Source: an uncultured virus (IMG/VR IMGVR_UViG_3300006127_000002) (taxonomy: Duplodnaviria > Heunggongvirae > Uroviricota > Caudoviricetes). From it: DNA of 64,000 nucleotides. The DNA is taken from the IMG/VR virus record IMGVR_UViG_3300006127_000002; one strand, given 5' to 3'. The translations under genes and the position numbers were made by a program. This document shows positions 37,321 to 45,299 of the stretch, in pieces (position 1 is the stretch's first letter; every line of letters begins with the position of its first letter). The notes below the pieces were generated by a model, which saw only the letters and a program-made list of their open reading frames with translations, did not search any database and was not told the origin of the DNA.

Positions 37321-39432
37321 ATGCCGTTACAGAAACTAACCTTTCGCCCCGGTGTAAACCGAGAAGGCACTGATTATGCTAACGAAGGTGGTTGGTATGA
37401 TTGCGACAAGATTCGTTTTCGTTCTGGCTTTCCTGAAAAGATCGGCGGTTGGGTGCGTGTAGCTGATCCGCAGTATCAAGGTGTATGTCGTTCGTTATGG
37501 AACTGGGTTGATTTAAGCGGTAACAATAACTACTTGGGCGTAGGCACGAACTTAAAGTACTACATAGAAGAAGGCAACACGTACTACGATATTACGCCTA
37601 TTCGCAAAGTAACTAACCCGATGTCGGCTAACCCGTTTTCAACTGCATACAGCACACTAGCAGCAAATCTTAATGCAACGGCAATTGTTCTAACCCTTAC
37701 TTCAGCAGCATCATTTCCCAATTCACCGGGCGTTATTAAGATCGGTTCAGAGCAAATCTACTACAACGCTGTCTCTGGCAGCACTCTTACAGGACTTGTT
37801 CGTGGATATAACGGGACTACGGCAACTGCTCACTCTACAGGCGATAGCGTGGGATGCTCAACCATTTTGGTCACTGATGCAAGCAATGGCACAACCCAAA
37901 ACGATTTCGTCACTTTCTCAGGAGCTACGGGACCTTTTGGGGGATTTACTGCCGCTGAATTAAATATTGAACAACAAGTATTTAACGTCGTTTCAATCAA
38001 CACTTATACCATCAATATTACTGGTGTGTTCTCTACAAGTGCTACTTCAGGTGGCGGTTCAGCAGTCGTTGCTACTTATCAAATTAACACGGGTCTAGAC
38101 GTTTACGTTATCGGTACTGGTTGGGGTGCAGGTGCTTGGGGTGCTGGTGGTTGGGGTTCGGCGTCACCTACGAGTACGATTGGTGAGCAGCTCTTGCTTT
38201 GGACGAACGATAACTTTGGTCAGGACTTAATTCTTGCTCAACGTGGCGGTGCTATTTATTATTGGCAAGCTCAGCTAGGTCCATCTTCCCGTGCACAATC
38301 TTTGCAGAGTTTAGCTACTTATAACGGGTATCAAGGGCAATTTGTACCTAACAGAACTAATCAGATTATTGCTTCCGCTATTCAAGAATTTGCTATTGCA
38401 TTTGGCGCTAACTCTTACGATCCGTTAAACGCTAATACGACATTTGATCCGATGCTAGTACGTTGGTCAGACCAAGCAAATGCTTTTCAATGGGTTCCTG
38501 ATGTTACAAACCAATCAGGTGAATTCCGTCTAACTAATGGTTCATATATCATGGGCGCTCGTGCGACTCGTCAGGAAATTCTGGTTTGGACTGATTCCTG
38601 CTTGTATTCCATGCAGTACTTAGGTGCGCCTTATGTCTGGGGCTTTAACATCTTGATGGACAACATTTCCGTCATGTCGCCTAACTCAATGATTACGATT
38701 AACAACGTGACTTACTGGATGGGGCAAGAAAAGTTCTATACCTATTCAGGTCGTGTTGAGACGCTGCCTTGCTCGCTGCGTCAGTATATTTTTGATGACA
38801 TTAATACAAGCCAATCGTTCCAAGTATTTGCTGGCGGCAACGAGGGTTACAACGAGGTATGGTGGTTCTACTGCTCGGCTAACTCTAACCAAGTTAACAA
38901 ATATGTTATTTATAACTACCTAGATAAAGTCTGGTATTACGGCACTCTTGGGCGCACGGCTTGGTCTGATAGCGGCACACGTCCTTATCCTATTGCTGCA
39001 GACTATAACAGCCGTTTGCTTTACCACGAAGCTGCTGTAGATGATGTATCAGGGTTAACCCCAGTACCAATCGATGCTTACGTTCAGTCTTCTGATTTTG
39101 ATATTGGTGATGGTCATAACTTTGGGTTTGTGTGGCGCATACTGCCTGATGTGAACTTTAACGGTTCTAACGTAGACCAGCCATTTGTAACTATGACGGT
39201 TAAACCTCGGGAAAACTCGGGTACCCCTTACGGCGCTGCGGATAATCCTGTCGTCCAAAGTTATAACAATTACAGCACTCGTGGGACTTATGACATTCAG
39301 CAATTCGATGGGCAGGTCTATACCCGGTTGCGTGGGCGGCAAATGAGCTTTAGGATTGAGTCTAACTCGCTAGGTGTAGCTTGGCAGTTAGGTACGCCCC
39401 GTATTGATATCAGGAATGATGGACGTAGGTGA
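37321..39432 (+). CDS. Tail nozzle / head-closure protein (P22 gp10 / T7 gp12-like)
   Basis: 703 aa, beta-propeller-like; VRWSDQ, YNEVWWFY, C-terminal RLRGRQ..RIDIRNDGRR. Confidence 0.7.
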   Translation: MPLQKLTFRPGVNREGTDYANEGGWYDCDKIRFRSGFPEKIGGWVRVADPQYQGVCRSLWNWVDLSGNNNYLGVGTNLKYYIEEGNTYYDITPIRKVTNPMSANPFSTAYSTLAANLNATAIVLTLTSAASFPNSPGVIKIGSEQIYYNAVSGSTLTGLVRGYNGTTATAHSTGDSVGCSTILVTDASNGTTQNDFVTFSGATGPFGGFTAAELNIEQQVFNVVSINTYTINITGVFSTSATSGGGSAVVATYQINTGLDVYVIGTGWGAGAWGAGGWGSASPTSTIGEQLLLWTNDNFGQDLILAQRGGAIYYWQAQLGPSSRAQSLQSLATYNGYQGQFVPNRTNQIIASAIQEFAIAFGANSYDPLNANTTFDPMLVRWSDQANAFQWVPDVTNQSGEFRLTNGSYIMGARATRQEILVWTDSCLYSMQYLGAPYVWGFNILMDNISVMSPNSMITINNVTYWMGQEKFYTYSGRVETLPCSLRQYIFDDINTSQSFQVFAGGNEGYNEVWWFYCSANSNQVNKYVIYNYLDKVWYYGTLGRTAWSDSGTRPYPIAADYNSRLLYHEAAVDDVSGLTPVPIDAYVQSSDFDIGDGHNFGFVWRILPDVNFNGSNVDQPFVTMTVKPRENSGTPYGAADNPVVQSYNNYSTRGTYDIQQFDGQVYTRLRGRQMSFRIESNSLGVAWQLGTPRIDIRNDGRR

Positions 39433-39434
39433 TA

Positions 39435-39488
39435 TGTATACTGATGGAGAAATAAAGTGTATACTAAAGGCTCTAATAAGGAGCTTTT
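39435..39488 (+). promoter_or_regulatory. TGTATACT direct repeats plus RBS-sequestering hairpin upstream of the HNH-AP2 gene
   Basis: TGTATACT at 39435 and 39458; AAAGGCTC-taataag-GAGCTTTT (39466-39488) overlaps the AAGGAG RBS. Confidence 0.55.
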
Positions 39489-40100
39489 ATGAAACTCGTA
39501 TACCGTACTGGGCAGGTGTTTGGAAAGTTAACTGTGATTGAACAAGCCGGGCGTGACCGATTAAAGAAAGTGTTATGGCGGTGTAAGTGTGAATGTGGTA
39601 ACGAATCAATAGTAGTATCTGGTAGCTTGGTAACAGGCAATACGATATCATGTGGTTGTGACAAAGGAAATTACAAACATGGTGGAACAGGCAAAGGTTC
39701 TTATAATACGTGGCGAGCAATGATTAGACGATGCACAATTCCAACAGATAAAGACTACCCTAACTATGGAGGTAAAGGGGTGACTGTTTGTCCCGCATGG
39801 ATGGATTATCGCAATTTTGCTGTTGACATGGGTGAGCCACAAGGCGATGAAACGCTTGATCGTATTGACACATATGGAAATTACGAGCCAGACAACTGCC
39901 GCTGGGCATCACCAAGAACGCAAGCTAGAAATATTCGCATTCCAAAAGCAAGCAAAACCGGTGTAACTGGAGTTTTGTTCCATAATGGAAAATATTACGC
40001 AACGATAACTGTTAAAAAAAAGAAATATTATTCGTCAATCTGTAGTACCGTAGAAGAAGCCGCAGCAGCCCGTAAAGAACTTGAAGCAAGGTATTGGTAA
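39489..40100 (+). CDS. HNH-family homing endonuclease with C-terminal AP2-like domain
   Basis: WRCKCECG, TLDRIDTYGNYEPDNCRWA..QARN, TGVTGV...EEAAAARK. Confidence 0.88.
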   Translation: MKLVYRTGQVFGKLTVIEQAGRDRLKKVLWRCKCECGNESIVVSGSLVTGNTISCGCDKGNYKHGGTGKGSYNTWRAMIRRCTIPTDKDYPNYGGKGVTVCPAWMDYRNFAVDMGEPQGDETLDRIDTYGNYEPDNCRWASPRTQARNIRIPKASKTGVTGVLFHNGKYYATITVKKKKYYSSICSTVEEAAAARKELEARYW

Positions 40101-40744
40101 TGACAACTGATCTTAAAAATCTACCGCTGCGCCCACCAAAATCGCCTAACTTATTGTTAGCACCGATAGAATACGATAAAGATTACACAGACCAGCTTAA
40201 TAACGCCCTGCGTATATATTTCAACCAAATAGATAACTTTGCTCAGCCCTTTACGTCTAATACAGGCGGTAGTTATTTACGGTTTCCTAATGGGTCTTTT
40301 TACGATACAACCACCCAAACTGCTGTAGCAACTAACACTGCCTATGCAATGCGGCTTAATAGCACGGCCACTTCTAACCAAGTAAGTGTTGATCCTACTC
40401 ACACTTCTAGAATAATCTGTGCGGTAGCGGGCATATATAATTTTCAGTTTTCTGCACAACTGAATAGTTCTACAGGTTCAACACAGTATATTTATATTTG
40501 GGTACGGGTAAACGGTGCTGATATACCCAACTCAGCCAGTAAAGTAGCAGTGCAGGGAAGTAGCGCTCAACTAATTGCAGCTTGGAATTTTGTACAGGCT
40601 ATGAATGCAGGGGACTATTTAGAGTTCATGTGGAGCGTAAGCAACACAAGTGTAAACATTTTGGCACAGACGGCGGTATCTCCAGTACCGGCAATACCAT
40701 CGGTTATTGCTACAGCAACTTTTGTATCTGCGCTGTATCCATGA
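40100..40744 (+). CDS. Tail-associated protein (helical N-terminus + beta-sandwich)
   Basis: PNL..AP.EY..QLNNALRIYFNQ; AGIYNFQFSAQ; TAATG overlap with the HNH stop. Confidence 0.65.
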   Translation: MTTDLKNLPLRPPKSPNLLLAPIEYDKDYTDQLNNALRIYFNQIDNFAQPFTSNTGGSYLRFPNGSFYDTTTQTAVATNTAYAMRLNSTATSNQVSVDPTHTSRIICAVAGIYNFQFSAQLNSSTGSTQYIYIWVRVNGADIPNSASKVAVQGSSAQLIAAWNFVQAMNAGDYLEFMWSVSNTSVNILAQTAVSPVPAIPSVIATATFVSALYP

Positions 40745-40774
40745 TAATATTTGACAAAAGTTAAAGGATAGACT

Positions 40775-42400
40775 ATGAGCGGTGGCGGCGGAAACATTCT
40801 TGAATCAGTCGGTAAGATTGGGCTAGGTATCGTAGCTCCTGAACTTGCTGTCCCTATTGCCTTAGAAAGTGCAGCTGAAAGTACTGTTAAAGGCGGTAGC
40901 CCTATTGGTGGTTTGCTATCTGCAGCTACTGGGGGTATGGATGGTGGTGCACTTGGTGACGTGGCTGGTACGTTGTCTGATGCTGGCGCTCAGGCGTTTA
41001 TGGATACAGGTGCATTGCCAGAAGGTTTTACTTCAGGAATGAGTAACGCTGGTAATTTTCTAACTGATACAAGCACTGTGCCAACTACTACTGGGTATGA
41101 AAATTATGTTGATACCAGTGGCGGTGGGACTACCAATGAAGGTGGTGATGCTGGTGTAAGTGATAAAACCCAAGTCTTACAAGATCAATACACGGGACAA
41201 CCAAACGTAGACAACACAAACCCTTTTGCTGGTGGAACACCTGCAGAGAACATGCCCTCGAAGTACTTAGATAACGTAACAAAAACTAATGCTGATAAAG
41301 GGTTTTGGAGCAGCCTGAATAACTGGCAAAAAGCTGGTATTGTTGGGGCAGGGGGGTTAGGAGCGTATGCCTTATTATCTGCGGACAATAAGCGCTTTGG
41401 TACGCCAAGTAATGCAATACCCACATCTTATATACGACCCTTCTCATATTCTAAAACTGTTAACCCGCAGTTTGGAGGAGTGGGGCAACCATATTTTAGT
41501 TCTCAGACAATGACCCCGGGCACCCCAGTAAATGCGGTTGGTTACGGTATCCCTTCTGGTGCTAATGGCGGTATTGTTGCAATGGCTGATGGTGGTAGTA
41601 CTTCAAAATATACTACACCGGTTAACACGCCTTCTCAAGCGGTGCAAGACTATAACAACATGCTGGCGCAGCGGGCACAAGCAGAATATGTAAATCAGCC
41701 GCAGTTAGGCGTAATGACACCACGTAGTCCACAAATGGTGTCCGCAGCGCAACAAGCTGCCGTGGCTCAACAACAGCAAGCCATAGCGCAACAACAAGCT
41801 ATACAACAAGCAGCCGCACAACAAGCAGCCGCACAAGCCGCTGCGCAACAAACTCCGGTGCAACAAACCCCTGCGCCCGTAACTAATTATGGGTCGTATG
41901 ATGGAGGTGGCGCAGCTAAAGGCGGCATAATGAAAGCTGAAAAGTATGCAATGGGTGGCGGTATTGGCGGTTACTACCCAAGTCCAGATGACGGCACAGG
42001 CGGTCAACATCCTACAGATACAGGCATTATGGGTGCGCATCCTTCAGTTAGTATGGGGCCAGCTTACCCAATGCAAGGAACGACAAATAACTACGCCAAG
42101 GGTGGAGACGTATATAATCTAGGTTCGTACTCTGATGGCGGTAGATTATTAAAAGGTCCGGGTGATGGGGTGAGTGATGATATCCCTGCGCAGATCGGAA
42201 AACATCAACCTGCACGTCTTGCTGATGGTGAATTTGTAATCCCCGCACGTATTGTATCTGAGCTAGGTAATGGATCAACCGATGCTGGTGCAAAGCGCTT
42301 ATATGCAATGATGAATAAAGTACAGCAAAGCCGTAAAAAATCGATAGGTAAAGATAAAGTAGCAGTTGATTCGAAGGCTTATAAGCACTTACCCAAATGA
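40775..42400 (+). CDS. Putative internal virion/ejection protein with xxxGG motifs and C-terminal GPGDG-SD-IPA-GEFV domain
   Basis: G/Q/A-rich, hydrophobic segment AGIVGAGGLGAYALL, six GG motifs. Confidence 0.65.
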   Translation: MSGGGGNILESVGKIGLGIVAPELAVPIALESAAESTVKGGSPIGGLLSAATGGMDGGALGDVAGTLSDAGAQAFMDTGALPEGFTSGMSNAGNFLTDTSTVPTTTGYENYVDTSGGGTTNEGGDAGVSDKTQVLQDQYTGQPNVDNTNPFAGGTPAENMPSKYLDNVTKTNADKGFWSSLNNWQKAGIVGAGGLGAYALLSADNKRFGTPSNAIPTSYIRPFSYSKTVNPQFGGVGQPYFSSQTMTPGTPVNAVGYGIPSGANGGIVAMADGGSTSKYTTPVNTPSQAVQDYNNMLAQRAQAEYVNQPQLGVMTPRSPQMVSAAQQAAVAQQQQAIAQQQAIQQAAAQQAAAQAAAQQTPVQQTPAPVTNYGSYDGGGAAKGGIMKAEKYAMGGGIGGYYPSPDDGTGGQHPTDTGIMGAHPSVSMGPAYPMQGTTNNYAKGGDVYNLGSYSDGGRLLKGPGDGVSDDIPAQIGKHQPARLADGEFVIPARIVSELGNGSTDAGAKRLYAMMNKVQQSRKKSIGKDKVAVDSKAYKHLPK

Positions 42401-42804
42401 TAACCGTACAAGTTATAGACCCTAAGTTTATCCCCCAAGCGTGGGAAATGGTCGAACCCATGTTAGCTAGGGGTTTAGAGCATACGGATGACTATAATAT
42501 TGACCAGTTAAAAGTGTATGTCAACAGCGGTACTTGGCATCTTTTAGCTGCAATTGATGAAGCTAGGCAGTTACGTGGGGTAGCCACGGTATCTGTGGGT
42601 AATGGTGCTAACGATAGAACAGCGGTTATTACTAGCTTAGGTGGAAAATTTGTAGTAACCAAAGAAGTTTTTAAACAGGTTTGTGCAATCGCAAAAGATA
42701 TGGGGGCTACCCGTGTGCAAGTATATGCAAGAGACGCCGCCGCAAGATTGTATGAAAAAATTGGGCTTAGCAAAAAAGCCACGTTAATGGAGATTCGACT
42801 ATGA
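42397..42804 (+). CDS. GNAT-like (acetyltransferase-fold) protein in the ejection module
   Basis: WHLL..GVATV..ITSLGG..AKDMGATRV..AARLYEKIG; position typical of podovirus core modules. Confidence 0.55.
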   Translation: MITVQVIDPKFIPQAWEMVEPMLARGLEHTDDYNIDQLKVYVNSGTWHLLAAIDEARQLRGVATVSVGNGANDRTAVITSLGGKFVVTKEVFKQVCAIAKDMGATRVQVYARDAAARLYEKIGLSKKATLMEIRL

Positions 42805-45296
42805 GCGGCGGCAGCAGCAGCGGAAGCGCACAACCAACTAGCACTACGGTAAATAACGTATCTATCCCTTCATATGCACAGCCATATGTTGAGAACACAT
42901 TAGGTCAAGGCGCTGCGCTAACTGATATTAATCAAAACCCTTACCAAGCGTATCAAGGGCAGCAAGTTGCGGGCTTTACGCCCATGCAAACCCAAGCATT
43001 CCAAAATATTGCTAACCAACAAGTCGCACCCCAAGTTACAGACGCTTCAAATCTTGCATACCAAGTAGGGCAAAGCGGACTGCAAGCCTATGATACTTCC
43101 GGGCAATTACAAAACGCTGCATTAGGTTACGGTCAGCAAGGCGCAAATATTGGTGTACAAGGTGGTGGACTTTACGGCGCTCAAGGTTTTGGCTACGGGC
43201 AACAAGCTGCTGGATTATCTGGTGCTGATATTGGCACGGGTATGGCGGGTATGAATGCGGGTATGTCTTATGGGCAAAACGCTACTAACCCTGCTGCGGT
43301 TCAGGCATACATGAACCCATATCTTCAAGCAACTCTAGCTCCTGCTCAACAACTGCTTAACCAACAGTACGGCATTCAAGATGCATACGAACAAGGCGCG
43401 GCTACTAAATCCGGAGCGTTTGGTGGTAGCCGTGAAGGTTTAATGCAAGGGCTAAATGAACAAAACCGCATGTTGGCGCAGAATCAGCTAGTCGGTAATG
43501 CGTATAACCAAGCATACAATACCGCTAACCAAAATATGCAACAAGCCGCTACCCTCGGCATGCAGGGCGCACAAACTGGATTGGCTGGCCTTAACGCTGC
43601 TAATACCGCTTATAACACAGGTATTGCTGGTGCAGGTATGGGCTTGCAGGGAGTTAATGCACAACTTGCGGGTACTGCTCAAGGTCTTACCGGTGTTAAT
43701 GCCGCAACGAATGCAGGGCAGTATGGCCTACAAGGACTTAATACTTCTGGCCAAGCAGCTAGTACGCTTGGTAATCTGGGTCAAGAACAGTTTGGACAAC
43801 AACAAGCGATCAATCAGGGTATGTTGGCGGCGGGTACTCAACAGCAAGCTCTGCAACAACAAGGTCTCACTACACAGTACCAGAATTACCTTGACCAGCT
43901 TAACTACCCATACAAACAGCTCAGCTTCATGCAGGGTCTGTATCAGGGTTTACCGTTATCTCAGGCTGCTACGAGTATGTATCAAGCCGCTCCAAGTCTT
44001 GCATCCACTGCAACTGGTCTGGGCGTTGCTGGCTTAGGTGCTGCTAAGTTAATGGGTAGGAAAGGTGGTTTAACGGATGATTTTGAAGTTAAAAAGATGG
44101 CTTCGGGTGGTATAGCTAGTGGGGTTCCTGCAGCTAAACTAGATGCAATGCTTGGTAGATTGGACGACCAGCAGCTTGCTTTGAAAGCTAACCCTAAACT
44201 TAACGACCCACAGACTGCACAGGCTGCGCAAAGTGAGATGGACTTTCGTCAACAAATGCGTAACCCCGGACTGGGCGCTGCTCCTGCTACTTCCATGAAT
44301 AATATGGCTGGTGGTGGAATCGTTGCGTTTGCTGAAGGCGATCAAGTTAAAGATATGTCTAAGGATGAAGCTGCAATTCAACCAAGCAAGACTTTGCAAG
44401 AACGGATACAAGAACAAAAATCTGTAATGCCCGAATACACTGCAGGACAAGACTATCTTAATAGGCTAGAAAAATTTACGCAGGCTGGTGCAGGTGATGC
44501 AGAAAAACAATCTGCTATGCGGTTTCTTCAGGCAGGATTAGGTATTTTAGGTGGTCAATCGCCATATGCTGCGGTTAATATCGGTAAAGGTGCTGAACCT
44601 GCGGTGCAGGGGGCAATGCAAGACGTTAAGGAACAACAACGTCAACAGATGGAAATTGCTAAGGCTCAGTTTGAAGTTGGTAATATGAGCTATAAAGCCC
44701 AAGCCGATATCGTTAAGAATGCTAACGAAGACTACAACAAAGAATTGGATCGTCTCGAGAAAGCTCTTGGTTCTAGAATCGCTGCGGAAGCTGCTATTAA
44801 ATCAGCTCAAATCCATGCTGGTGCTACAATGGGTGCGGCTAAAGAACATACCCAGTCTGCTATGGCACTCGCAGAATATAATAAAAATAATACTGAGTTC
44901 CAAATACAGCTTAAAGCGCAATTAGAAAAAGCGAAAGCTGAAAACGGCGGTAAAGAATTAACCCCTCAACAAATAGCTGTGGCAACGTCGGAAGCATCTA
45001 GAGCTGCCCACCCAAGTATTTACGGTTCTGAACATAGAGCAGACACGGCAGAAGAATTAGCTCGACAAAAATTTGTAAAGTCTTATTTAGAAAATCGTGG
45101 TATCTTTCCTTTGGCTTCTGACCCGGATCAAGTTGATAAAGTTACTGGGGAAGCAAATGAAGCATGGAAAAAGCAAAAGCAGGAAAATAAACCAGCGGAA
45201 GATCAATCCAAAAAAACAGCCGGGCTACCCCCTACATTTATTAAAGACGGTGTAACATATATATTGCAGTCAAACGGCAAATACGTGCAACAATAA
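42801..45296 (+). CDS. Putative DNA ejection (internal virion) protein
   Basis: Q/G/A-rich helical; YMNPY, GAFGGSR, MASGG/MAGGG motifs. Confidence 0.7.
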   Translation: MSGGSSSGSAQPTSTTVNNVSIPSYAQPYVENTLGQGAALTDINQNPYQAYQGQQVAGFTPMQTQAFQNIANQQVAPQVTDASNLAYQVGQSGLQAYDTSGQLQNAALGYGQQGANIGVQGGGLYGAQGFGYGQQAAGLSGADIGTGMAGMNAGMSYGQNATNPAAVQAYMNPYLQATLAPAQQLLNQQYGIQDAYEQGAATKSGAFGGSREGLMQGLNEQNRMLAQNQLVGNAYNQAYNTANQNMQQAATLGMQGAQTGLAGLNAANTAYNTGIAGAGMGLQGVNAQLAGTAQGLTGVNAATNAGQYGLQGLNTSGQAASTLGNLGQEQFGQQQAINQGMLAAGTQQQALQQQGLTTQYQNYLDQLNYPYKQLSFMQGLYQGLPLSQAATSMYQAAPSLASTATGLGVAGLGAAKLMGRKGGLTDDFEVKKMASGGIASGVPAAKLDAMLGRLDDQQLALKANPKLNDPQTAQAAQSEMDFRQQMRNPGLGAAPATSMNNMAGGGIVAFAEGDQVKDMSKDEAAIQPSKTLQERIQEQKSVMPEYTAGQDYLNRLEKFTQAGAGDAEKQSAMRFLQAGLGILGGQSPYAAVNIGKGAEPAVQGAMQDVKEQQRQQMEIAKAQFEVGNMSYKAQADIVKNANEDYNKELDRLEKALGSRIAAEAAIKSAQIHAGATMGAAKEHTQSAMALAEYNKNNTEFQIQLKAQLEKAKAENGGKELTPQQIAVATSEASRAAHPSIYGSEHRADTAEELARQKFVKSYLENRGIFPLASDPDQVDKVTGEANEAWKKQKQENKPAEDQSKKTAGLPPTFIKDGVTYILQSNGKYVQQ

Positions 45297-45299
45297 GGG

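Noticed and set aside
27228..40100. Group I introns or inteins associated with the two homing endonucleases
   Set aside because: Both ORFs lie between intact genes with almost no flanking non-coding sequence; TerL, PolA and the helicases show no intein-sized insertions.
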